DNA from: Takakia lepidozioides
Taxonomy: Eukaryota; Plantae; Bryophyta
DNA: 64,000 bases
Direction of reading: 5' to 3'
Assembly: GCA_030704615.1 (NCBI GenBank)
Contig: CM060732.1
Location: forward strand, 78,740,001-78,804,000
Shown here: piece by piece, positions 11,206 through 22,372 of the stretch
How positions within the stretch are numbered: position 1 is the first letter of the stretch
Layout: each line of letters begins with the position of its first letter
Position numbers and translations under genes: made by a program
Notes under the pieces: generated by a model
Told to the model about the DNA's origin: nothing
Databases searched by the model: none
Seen by the model: the letters and a program-made list of their open reading frames with translations, nothing else

Positions 11206-11475
11206 ATGAAAGCTCATAGAGAAACCTTAGGGCACTGGCTTCTTCAAAGAATGACTGCCGCTTTTCCGATCCCAACCATTCTTATAGCAAATGTTTCCAC
11301 TTCGATTCTGTTAAATATCTCGTTATTCTGGCATATTCATGTGGGAATCGAAGAAATTCTGACAGATCATGTTCACCATGAAATAACACGAAATCGGATC
11401 TTGATTCTTCTCAGAGTATTCTGTTTAATAATTATCAAATATGTTTTTTTGTTTTTCGTTCTTCAAAAGAATTGA
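11206..11475 (+). CDS. sdh4: Succinate dehydrogenase subunit 4
   Basis: HWLLQRMTA...[15 protein letters not shown]. Confidence 0.92.
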   Translation: MKAHRETLGHWLLQRMTAAFPIPTILIANVSTSILLNISLFWHIHVGIEEILTDHVHHEITRNRILILLRVFCLIIIKYVFLFFVLQKN

Positions 11476-12604
11476 TAATCATCTGAGAGTTCAGATGGTG
11501 CCATGGAGCGGAAGTAGGCGCGGAGGGCGTAGCAAAAATATATATATATCTCTTTTCGCCTGCACGGAAACGTAAAAAAGACCCGAACGCTGAACCAAAG
11601 CCCTACCCGGAGCGCTACAGGGCGGGTGATTTTAAAGTTGATTTTAAAATAAAATAACATAAGCAACCGGTTCAATTTACCGGATATCGGGACGGTTATT
11701 CCTATCTCAATACGAGTTTTGGTTACTCGTCATTATTAAAAGAATAAAAAGAATAAGGTGTAAGGCTTTTTCATTTCGTTTCGACCTTGGCATTAAATCT
11801 TTGGGAAATACGTTTATTGATGTTTCAGGCGTATATGCACGTATATCTCAAACTTTATTATGTGTTAATAGAGTTTTTGGTTATACAATTAATTGTACCG
11901 CTGTTTTATATAACCTTGTTCATCGCGGATAAGTTTCCTTGGTTTAGTTTTATATACTAGTACGTATTCTTCAACGGTCTTCCTTTTTCCAGACCAGACC
12001 TCTTCATGCCTACCCTCCGTTCCAGGAATGGCTCAAGCGAACGGCCCGTAGGGCCTTTTGGCGCGTAACGACTCCAAAAAAAATGGATGGATAATGCACC
12101 CTTTAGCTTGATTAGACGTCATGGTGTTAACATAACTGTTTATTACACTGCTTGTACAGTGGACAATTTCGTTACCGACTGGCGGGTAAGTAACAACGCG
12201 AATAATCTATTTGAGCATATGGAAAAGTCACCAGACTTTGACAAAAGGCCAGAAGACCTGGAAAAAGAAAAATAGATATTTCTTTTTCAGCAATCTCGTC
12301 ACTAAATTGGACCATCATTTACAAATCGTCTTTGAGACGGTGTCCGGGCGCAGAAAAAAAAAATATATATATATTTTTTTTTTTCTGGTGCTATGACTGA
12401 CTATTCAGAGATGTCATAGATGGAGTTGTTAAGTAATTAATTACTAATTACTAATGATGGCTCTTTCATCGCCCCCTACTATGGGGGGGTCGTTCCGGTT
12501 CGTATCGCCCTTGCCATACGAGGGCAAAGCAGTACTGATTGGCTAAGGAACCGGCGTATGCTTGACCTGAAACCGAGTTGGCTTTCAAAAAAGAGACTTT
12601 TATT

Positions 12605-14969
12605 ACGGATCTGGTAAAATATTTAACATTTTCTATGATTCTTTCTCTTCTAGGTATTCGGGGAATTTTCTTAAATAGAAAAAATATTCCTATTACGTTA
12701 ATGTCAATTGAGTCAATGCTACTTGCAGTCAATTTGAACTTTTTGGTATTTCCTGTTTATTTGGATGATATGATGGGTCAATTATTTGCTTTATTTGTTC
12801 CAACGGTGGCAGCTGCGGAATCCGCTATTGGGCCGGCCATTCCGGTTATAACTTTTCGAATTCGCGGGACTATTGCAGTGGAATCTAGGGCGACCGTTCG
12901 CGTCGCCTACAGTCATTGTTTAGCCATATGGATAATATTTGCGGTCCTGTGATAGCCATATAGCAAACCACGCGAGACCCTATTCCGCGTGCCGGGCATA
13001 GAGCTTACCCAACCACCGTGTGAACGGGTGGGAACCACAGCATGCTCTAAAAACGTAGTTGAGGGGAAGAGGAGAGAAGCTTTCTTTTCGGAGAGAGAAG
13101 ACCTCACGGTAGGTATGTTTTTTAGGCTTTAAACTTGCTTCTTTTCCGCCCTGAAAAGCGCAAAGCGCTTTCTTTTTCGGGCCCCTCCTTCGGGCCGCGG
13201 GCAGCGCTCGGTGAATAAAATACGTTTGACCCGCGGCCTCCTTCCTGGTTCGGTGAATGGAAGGTTCGAATAAAACGCAGCGGGGAGCGCATAGCGAAAA
13301 AATTTATAGGGTTTTTCCGAACAAAGGCCGAAAGTTCGCGAAGCAAACGAATGACTTTAGCCCAAACGACCCGAGACCACTACGCCAGCCCGCTATTGTA
13401 CGAGATGAGCCCCTGCTCTGGCAAATCGAAGTCTCTTTCGGTCAAACTGGACCTGCAGTTAACCACGGGGAACTCCCCTGTGGTAACGCATACGAATGCA
13501 CGCTGTCAAGCTCTCAGTCTGCCATTGATAAATTGCGGTAAGACCAGAATGGGAAAGGAAACCCTGCGGACATTGCAGATCCTCAACGAGGGAGCAGATT
13601 ACCCAAACTACTGGGGACAAGAGACCAAACGACATCTCGATGCAAAACGGCCTTGAACCAACAACCGGCCAAGAACCGTAGGCAACACCGGTGAAGTCCA
13701 CTTCAGTCATCTGGACGAAGGTGGATGGCAGAGGGCCCATAGTACCCGCCCAAACCGAAAGGGCGCAGCAAAAAAAATAATTTTTTTTGCTAGAACTGCT
13801 ATCGGAAGGGAAGGGGCCTAAGCGTCTGCTATACCTTAGCAGACCATATTCAACCAAGTCCTCTAGCCAGGCTCCCACGGATCCCGAACGGGATTTGTCC
13901 GAAAATACGAGGAAAAGAAAGATGGGGGGGGGGCTGCCGCTTCGAGGGACCTTTGGATTATTAGCTTTTGGAAGACTAGGAAAAACTATTAAAACCTGCA
14001 AAACGTCGTGGGCAACCCGGACTTATGGATCATTTACGTCAAACCAAGGCCGCGGGACCTGGATCGATGACACTGATACCAGACAGAACGACCATTGATG
14101 GGACCTCGAAACTGCGAGCCCTACGACGGGGCGGGGCGCAGTAATCGAGAAACAGTTCACTTGGGGAGGCACAAAACGAATCTACACGCTGCGCGCCTTC
14201 ATTCGCTATATGGACGAAGCAGAAGGAGAGGCCGCTGGTGTAGAACGACGCTATACGTTCTGGGTTCGAAGACCTGCTTCCTTTCATCTAAAGGCTGAAA
14301 TGGAACGCATAGCCAAAAAAATATAAATTTTTCTTCCGGCGGTAGGTGTCACGGACACCTAGGTGGAAGCCCGGTAACGATCTGTGAGTGGAAAGGGTAC
14401 TCCACGCGAAATACCAGGCCAAAAGATCCTCACTATCGGGATATACCGAAACCCTTACTGTCTGCGATGCCGGCTCGCTGGCGTCCTTGTCAGAAGCCCT
14501 AGCTCGACTATCCGACATTCGATACGCTGTGAACTGCAGAGTAAACTCTGCTGTCAAGGATCCTACGGCACAACTTGCTTGGTGACTAACACGCGGCGTA
14601 ACTGCTCTTCGCGTTCCCTTCATTATGTGCGAATCTTGAGAGAATGCATCGTGTTCGGGGTCTCAAGGACGGGCTCAGAGAAGATAATGAAAAAAAAAGG
14701 TTTCGTTGTTTCATTATCCCCCGCCAGAATCCCCCATGATCGCTATGGCGAGAAAGCGAGTTTATTGATGTTACTTAAGCCACTTGATGAAGGCCGGCCA
14801 CTGGAGAAACAGGCCAGGACCTAACGACGGGAGCAAATCCAAACAAAGGTCGAATTGGAGAGCCGTATGATGGGCGACCATCTCGTACGGTTCGGAGAGG
14901 GCTCGGGTACCAAAGCATTCAATATGTGTCCGGGAAAGTTCCACTCTATTTAATTGCATGAAGGGATAA
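12605..14969 (+). CDS. nad4L: NADH dehydrogenase subunit 4L; exons 12605-12887 and 14950-14969; ACG start
   Basis: [14 protein letters not shown] and [10 protein letters not shown]; spliced length is 303 nt. Confidence 0.94.
12888..14949 (+). mobile_element. Group II intron nad4Li283 with fossil maturase fragments
   Basis: GGGCG start, domain V at ~14860-14898, end ACTCTAT; RT0/RT1-like remnants ([21 protein letters not shown]) at ~14000-14240. Confidence 0.9.
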
Positions 14970-15012
14970 GCACAAAAACAAGTGCTTCGCTTCCATTTAG
15001 TATACCTTTGAT

Positions 15013-15095
15013 TGGGAGAGGCAGGATTCGAACCTACGTAGAAAACCTTCGGCAGATTTACAGTCTGTCGCTTTTAACCACTCGGCCACTCTCCC
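15013..15095 (-). tRNA. trnY: tRNA-Tyr(GUA)
   Basis: GGGAGAGTGGCCGAGTGG...CTGTAAA...GGTTCGAATCCTGCCTCTCCCA with a long variable arm. Confidence 0.95.
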
Positions 15096-15252
15096 CACGA
15101 TAAGATAAGTAAGCTTCGACTTTCCTAGCTAAAATCACGGGACTCTGGTTAGAAATCGGTCAATCCACGCGTGTAACCTTGGTTTTTCCAACGGACTAAT
15201 CGAAAGAGTGGATGCATGTACCGTTGGTATATATTATTCATTATGCACTTTC

Positions 15253-15326
15253 AGCATCCTACAGGATTTGAACCTGTGACCTTCAACTTAGAAGGTTGTT
15301 GCTCTATCCAACTGAGCTAAGAATGC
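15253..15326 (-). tRNA. trnR: tRNA-Arg(UCU)
   Basis: GCATTCTTAGCTCAGTTGGATAGAGC...CTTCTAA...GGTTCAAATCC. Confidence 0.94.
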
Positions 15327-16196
15327 AGTACATTACTAACCACTTCGCGAAGAAAAAGTGAACTCCAGAGAAGAAAGAAGCAAGCTTCTTTCTTCTCTCC
15401 CGCTGTCTTCGCACAGCAAATGAAGGGCGCGCGGCGCGGAAAGGGCGCCAGCTCTCTGCCCATTAAGGCATGATGGGGCGAAGAAAAAATATTTATGGCT
15501 GCGATTTCCTAAATATTTTTTATTTGATAATTGAAGCTATGCCCCTTCTGGCTTGACGGGGTTTTTTTAATCATCTTCTCCTCTCCGAAAAAATAATATT
15601 TTTTTCTGCTTGGCGTTTTATTGGGTTCTCCCCCCATAGCTCATTAAGTAAGGTCACAAGTTCCGCTTGATTCGCTATGCCAGTGAGCGTAGTGAATCAA
15701 GCGCTGTTCGGGAAGATGAAAGCGGGGCCAAAGCCTCCCCCCGCTTTGCTCAGAGAACAGCGAGCAAAAAAAATATAGATTTTTATTGCTCGCTACCTGC
15801 CTCAACGCATTCCATTCTCAGTCTCCTCCTTTATTTTCTCACTCGTTTCGAGTGAACTCCGACTCCGTTGTTGAAGAAAAAAAAAGGCTGAGAGTATACG
15901 TTACAGATTTTTAATTGGCCACAAGCTTTTGAAAGCTTTAGCCACAGATCCCCCCCCCCTTTTTTTTCGTGGCTGTCTGCGCCTTATGCTACGCCCTCTG
16001 CTCAGTGAAAATTCGATGCTCAGCTGCAGAATGGATCCGGTATATAGTAATTGCATTATGATGAGTACCCTCCGTAAATTGATGAGGACGAAGCCCTAAC
16101 CACTAAGGGCCTCACGAATGAAAGCACGGAGGGCGCAACAAAAGCCAACCCAGTGGTTTATTGGGTTTTCTCAGGTTCAACACACGACGAAATATC

Positions 16197-16931
16197 ACGA
16201 ATTTCTTATTTAAAACTATTCCGAAAGAAGTTAGAATTCGTTTTTTTCGGATATTCATTCGTTTTAGTTTAACACGGTTTACGCGTTATCGGTTCCCAGA
16301 AGACTTTTTTTTTTCGTCAGCGAAACCCTCTCTTACTTCCCCTTATTCAGGTTCTATTCGTACACAATCAACGGAGGCTTCGAGCACGTATGTTACTATT
16401 CCTCCAATACCATGCTTCTACTTTTCATCCCCTTCCTTAAGTCATCAAATTTGGCGTTTTTCGATCCCCAGTTGCTATGAAGAACAAAGAAAAAAATACA
16501 ACAAATTTTTTCACTTAAGTGGTTTTTGCTTCTCCTCGTTCTTCTTCGTCACCTTCGTGGGGGTAGTTCCCAATGTTCGGCACTTTTCATACGAATCGAA
16601 TATAACATCAACTAATCCGCTCATAACAAAGTTACAACCTAGGATTTTCGACTACATTTTATCAACTGTTCGTATTTCGTCTATTCCATTAATACGCCCT
16701 CAAGTACAGGTACTTGTGATCTGTTTGCTAGAATCAAAAGGTATTTTGGTGAAAACCTCCATGAAAAATCGTCGTTTTTTTATGGTTTTTTCGCCTTTCA
16801 CAGCAGCTTTTTTAACACCTCCAGATATCTGGTGTCAAATTGTCGCTCGTTTACCTATTTATTTCACAATAGAGTTGACCATCTTTTACGTCTTGATTCT
16901 ACAGGTTTATAAGAAGCAACTAGCCCTTTAA
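16197..16931 (+). CDS. tatC: Twin-arginine translocase subunit C (mttB); probable ACG start
   Basis: [17 protein letters not shown] and [10 protein letters not shown] motifs. The start position is inferred. Confidence 0.9.
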   Translation, partial: TNFLFKTIPKEVRIRFFRIFIRFSLTRFTRYRFPEDFFFSSAKPSLTSPYSGSIRTQSTEASSTYVTIPPIPCFYFSSPSLSHQIWRFSIPSCYEEQRKKYNKFFHLSGFCFSSFFFVTFVGVVPNVRHFSYESNITSTNPLITKLQPRIFDYILSTVRISSIPLIRPQVQVLVICLLESKGILVKTSMKNRRFFMVFSPFTAAFLTPPDIWCQIVARLPIYFTIELTIFYVLILQVYKKQLAL

Positions 16932-17790
16932 CCAAAACTACGCCATGGCCAAAAACTAGGCCATGGCCAGAGACCGAGGCCGCAGGGCGCAACAAAAATA
17001 GATTTTTCTTATTGATCTGTCTGATCTTTGGCCTAATTATGCTCGCTGCTACGCGCCAAGCCTTAACCATCTATCCCCCCCCCCCCCCCCTTTCGTCTGG
17101 CTAGCCTTTTTTTGTCTCCGGGTTATACAGGGAGAGGAGGCGCAGGAGCCCAACAGCTTCTGTTCGCGCATCGCTTCCCCCACCCCAGATGGTTTATCGT
17201 CGATCCGGATCCGGCCAAGCGGGGCGAGGCGACCATGGCGAAGCCATTAAGTATTCTTCACTTCGCGCCACCTTCACGGGCTTGACGAAGGGTGAGGGCC
17301 ACGAAGTGAGCTTAACGAAAAGAACTCCCCGCTTATTTTCCTCTGTACATCCCCGGAAACGCAAAGAGAGAATACGGGGCCGAAGGAAAAGCCCGTAGGG
17401 CAAAAAACGAAAAAAAAAATAGTTTTATCGTTGTATCCTCTCTCTGCGTTTCATTGGTCGATCCGCGCGGATGGTAGATAATTATTCAGGATCTCGGACC
17501 CCGTATCCGGCTCAGGGAAGACCAGCAGCGACAAAAGATATTCTATATTTTGCTGCACCCTCGTCTTCCAATGCTCCGCTTGCCCGGACATACGAGCCTT
17601 ACTCTTTTGGAGCAACCGTAGTATTGTTTTTGTGTTTATGGCGAGAAGCGAAGCGCGTTTCCAAAAAATATAAAAATTTCCTCTCAAAAAAGAATATATA
17701 TATATATATATATTCTTTTCAACATCTACGAGGAGTTAGCTCTGTTATCGCTCCGCCAATGATTCACGATGTTTGGGCTACGTCCCTGCT

Positions 17791-18378
17791 TCGATCAAGA
17801 AGGTCTAGATCTATGTTGTAAGGGAATCGTATTTGTTGAGGTTCATATGATACCACGGCTTTTAGTGTTTTATAATTTACCTCTAAATGAGTAGGTTTCA
17901 TTCTCCATATTCGGTTACTTCGAAGGTTTTGTCTTATTCTGGATTTAATAGAATATAAAGAATTCTCTTGAATAGATGTAGGATCACCGTTGGATACTTT
18001 AAAACCAGGAATATTGACCATTTCATAATTGACACAAATCTCTTTATGACTTATTAGCTGCCTTGCTTGAAAAATAGTTGAACGAGAATTAGGACGAACC
18101 GGAATAACGTCCAATCTTTTTTCTATATCGAATAACAAACTGTTTTTTTTATCTAGATAAGTGTGCGTTTTAGACCTTTGCCTCTTTCTAATGGGTAAAT
18201 TTCCATAAAAAAGGGACAACTTTTGTATAGTTTGTAATTGTTTGGAAAAGTCAGATTGTTTTTTATTTGTTTTTCTTCGAAGCTTCAAAATAATGGCTTT
18301 TTGTCTTTGAGTAAGTTTTTTAGTCTGCCAAACATTTTCTGAAATTCGACGACAATTTTTAAATCTCGATGCAAGCGT
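17791..18378 (-). CDS. rps4: Ribosomal protein S4; ACG start and probable CGA-to-UGA stop by editing (genomic stop at 17764)
   Basis: RFKNCRRISENVW, EKRLDVI, QARQLISH and HLEVNYKT. Confidence 0.92.
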
Positions 18379-18406
18379 ATGAAGTTGACTTGGTTTTTTT
18401 AGCCAT

Positions 18407-18477
18407 TGCGGATAACGGGAATCGAACCCATATCCCCTGCTTGGAAGGCGGAGAATTTACCTTTAATCAATATCCGC
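18407..18477 (-). tRNA. trnG: tRNA-Gly(UCC)
   Basis: GCGGATATTGATTAAAGG...CTTCCAA...GGTTCGATTCCCGTTATCCGCA. Confidence 0.92.
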
Positions 18478-18611
18478 CTAAAAATCGAAATAAAACATAA
18501 AAAATTTTTTTTTCAGCTTTTATCGGTTTCTTCTCCGAGCCTTGATTTACATAGTAAATATTAGGTCGAGTATTGGTTACTCTGAGCTGATGATCTTATT
18601 GAGATAAGGAT

Positions 18612-18695
18612 GGATGGATGTCTGAGCGGTTGAAAGAGTCGGTCTTGAAAACCGAAGTATCGAGAATACCGGGGGTTCGAATCCCTCTCCATCCG
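18612..18695 (+). tRNA. trnS: tRNA-Ser(UGA)
   Basis: GGATGGATGTCTGAGCGG...CTTGAAA...GGTTCGAATCCCTCTCCATCCG. Confidence 0.95.
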
Positions 18696-20272
18696 TGAGT
18701 AGGGTAATTAGTTAACCGTTTTTGAAACAAATTTTTTATTTTGTTCGTCGAAGGATGTAACCATTACAGATCTTAACGTTGTGTAAACATTTTGCACACA
18801 TCACATAGTGTGCGCGAAAAAAAGATATTGGCTTTATGAAAAAGAATATATAATCATTATTTATGATGATTCATTCGAAAAGCCAGGGTCTTCAGCCTTC
18901 GGCTTTTAGCCTGGTAGCCTCTGCCTTTGGCAGTGGACAGTAGCCTGAAAAGCTTGGGGAGAGCTTGACCCAGCAGGGCAGCGCATTAGTCGTCGCCCCC
19001 TTTTCGGCTCGGCTCAGGGCGAAGCGCTGAGCCATGCAGCGGAACGCTTTAGGCGAGCATTGGCTCGCCATTGTTGTCATTGAGCTCTGCCAGCAATGAC
19101 ATAGCAGGGGTAGGTTGGGGATCCTTGCGGTGCGGGGATTCCCAACCTACACCCAATCTGCAGGGATCCCGAGCCTATCCGATCCTCGAGCTTGCGAGGC
19201 ACAACCGAGCCTATGAGGTTGCAGGAGAAGCACGATTTATCAGGGAGTAGCGTCGGCGAGTCAAAAATTTTGTGTAAAAGACTAAGCTTCGTTGAAACGA
19301 AGCTTGGCTAATAGCATTGATCGTGAGTCTGAAAGGGCAATAGGACTGAGCCTGAAGCGCAGCCCATCTCTCAGCATTAGCCCTCGACTCAGTCTTCAAG
19401 CTTTCGTCTTTTCGCTTAGCCCTAAGCATTTAGCCTTAAGCTTTCTAACCTAGGCTGTTGCCTCAATCTTAGCATCCCGCTGTAGCCTTCGGCCATCGGC
19501 AGAAGGGGAGGAGAGAAGACCGAGCCGGTCCAGGACATTCGGGTGGATGACATTCGACTGGCCTTTAGCGGTTCTGCAATCAAATGGGTTGAGGGGGAAT
19601 CGGCGAAGTTGACCATGGACTCTGCAATATCGAGTTGATACGAGGCGTTGAAAAAAATCCAACCTATCATAGTTCAGGCCAATCCCATAGTGCGCTGGAC
19701 CGAGATATGTAGACGTCATAATCTCTATCGTATCGACCCCGGCCCGGGAATAAATCAAAAATTTGCGTGTTCTTTAATAAGATATCATCACGCGCCCAAC
19801 CACCGTGGCCCAGGGACATAAAGAAGAAATAACATAAGAAAATCTAAGTATTTCGATCGAGGAACATACTAGTGGAAATAAAGGGGGAGGGGCGTGTCGC
19901 TTTGCGCGAAGCGCTTCGAGTTGAAATATGCGGACGGAGAGATACGATGCTTAGATAGTGCCTTGAAGGCACCCGCAAACAAGAAGTAACAATAGGACTT
20001 CTTGTGGGCCATTAATAAGCAGCAAATCTAGTCTATTCTCTTTCTCTAGTGATGAACTACGAGAAACAACTTCACCTACAGGCACGATTGAGAAACTACG
20101 AGACGCAACATTACCTACAGGGCCTTTGGCCCAAAATTGGTGTGACTTTGATTATAGATTGGCAATAAAAAATCTGGCAATCCATGGGCCGTTGAGCCAT
20201 CATCATCATTTGAAATATTATTTAGGCCATGAAGATCTGATAACTAAAAAAGAAAAAAAAAATTTTCCGCAG

Positions 20273-20357
20273 GCGGATATGATGGAATTGGTAGACATGC
20301 CAGGTTTAGGTTCTGGTGACCATAATGTTCGTGGGGGTTCGAGTCCCTCTATCCGTA
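20273..20357 (+). tRNA. trnL: tRNA-Leu(UAG)
   Basis: GCGGATATGATGGAATTGGTAGACATG...TTTAGGT...GGTTCGAGTCCCTCTATCCGTA. Confidence 0.93.
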
Positions 20358-22234
20358 CAAGTCAGAACTTTAAGTTGTGCAATCACTAGGCCTCGGCGGA
20401 GATCCGCGGCCTTCCCTTACTTCGGCCTCTATCCGTTTGGCAAATATAGCCTATATAATTACTTTTTTTTCAGCTAATGCTGCTTTTGGAGATATTACGG
20501 GTGCCACCAGCCATCGTAGATTATTGAGCTGCACCCGGCCTGTTCAACTAATGGAAGTTGGGTCACTTCGTGACCACGGATCTACGCAGTAGTTCCTTTT
20601 TTGTAAATGATGTAATTACTTTGTAATTACATGCTTCGCTCAACCCAGTTACGCTCGTATAGCCAAGCAGGGATGGAGAAAAAAGCCGAAAGAAATAAAA
20701 ATATAAATTTATATATTTAGTTCTTTCGGCTTTTTTACCAAATTTTATAATATAGAAATGTAAATTTTAGAATATAGATATGTAAATAGGTTTCACCAAG
20801 GCCACGCCGCCCCTTCATGTGATGAAGTTGGTGAAACCTAATTTACCATCATAAGAGCACAACCAAATGGTGATTTTGCGTAGTATAGAATAAGCTCCGA
20901 CTTCTAGCCATTAGTTTTAGAGCCCTGGGGTTTATTCCCAAAAACCTTTGTTTGGCCTACCTCTTGGACGCAAACTGGCTGGAGGCTAAAGGCCGGGAGT
21001 TAGGTTATGTGAACCACTAGACAAAGATGAAGCAATTATAGTAATTGCAACCTCACCTGGGGAGATAGGGGTTGTGGAAGGGGTCTACGCAAGGGTCAAC
21101 CAAATCCAGATAAGGAAGGGTGCCCAACCCGTCAAACCACAAAGTATGACGATGTTATGAAGCGATGACGATGGAATAACATAATGATTCCACACCTTTT
21201 CCTAGGTAATCTAAGCTCAAAGCTAACCCCAAACCCCGCTCTATCGCAAAACATAACGCCATGACGAGAATTTTAATAAACTTATCTTCCATAAATTAAG
21301 ATTATTACCAGCAGAAGTGCCAAGGCCCCAGGAACAATTATTTATCTAGCATTATTATTTCTTATTTAATTCAAATAGATCATTCCGATATTATTGGTAT
21401 TAATATGACATGCGTTTTGTAATCATAACCTCTTTGCGGGGGAGGGACCGCAGTGATCGCACCATCCTCTGATCACCGCGGTGATTTTTCCGTATTTAAC
21501 GCCTAAAGAATATGATGTTTTGAATCTCTTTATTAGAGATTTGATTTACGCCTGCGGCCCCCACCCAATTTTTTTTTATAGACGGCTTTAGAATATAAAT
21601 TGACAAAAGTCTAACTACTATCAGTAAATTGGGTATTACACCATACACTTGTAAATCAATCGGGGTCTTTCACCTCGCTATCTGTGCTCTCGCTCCGCGC
21701 CTTTGACTCAGTAAAACGAGTCGTGATCAAAATGTTTTTAGGAACTGTAGGAGATATTTAGTTGGACCGAGAGGGCTATCGGAGTGATCAACCATCTACG
21801 ATGGTTAACGACGGAGAATAAAACACATTGAATTCTCTCCCGCTTGGCCGTGTGCTTGAGGAGCGAAGAGATGAAATCGCACTAAGGGGTGAAGCCATCA
21901 AGCAGCATGGCTGCTTGATTGGCGAAGAAATAATATACGTTTATTCATAAGAAGTGCGCTCAATTCATAAATCAGATTATAAGCTATTATGTGCTCTGTT
22001 TACTACGTACGCAGAGGAGAACGACCCGGCCCGGGGTTAAAGCTACGGGTCATTCATCCACGATATAGATGAATGATTCGGTTACGAAATAATAGCGTAG
22101 GAGAACATAACCAAATTACACGCCCCCACGATGTTTCATTATGGGCTATTGGCGCAGTGGGAAGTGATTTCGTTTTTGTTTCAGGTGCGTAGCACTTTGT
22201 GGGCTTCACGAACAAAGGCCGTAGGTGGATTTTT

Positions 22235-22306
22235 TGGAGTATAGCCAAGTGGAAAGGCTTCGGTTTTTGATACCGACAGGCAAAGGTTCGAATCCTTTTA
22301 CTCCAG
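22235..22306 (+). tRNA. trnQ: tRNA-Gln(UUG)
   Basis: TGGAGTATAGCCAAG...TCGGT TTTTGAT ACCGA...GGTTCGAATCCTTTTACTCCAG. Confidence 0.92.
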
Positions 22307-22372
22307 ATTCCGGTAATTCCCAACATTTTTTCATATATATTAAAAAATAAAAAATATATATATATATTTTTT

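Noticed and set aside
20055-20125. Repeat pair AACTACGAGA...ACCTACAGG as a possible CRISPR array
   Set aside because: Only two imperfect units, no unique spacers and no cas genes; an ordinary tandem duplication.
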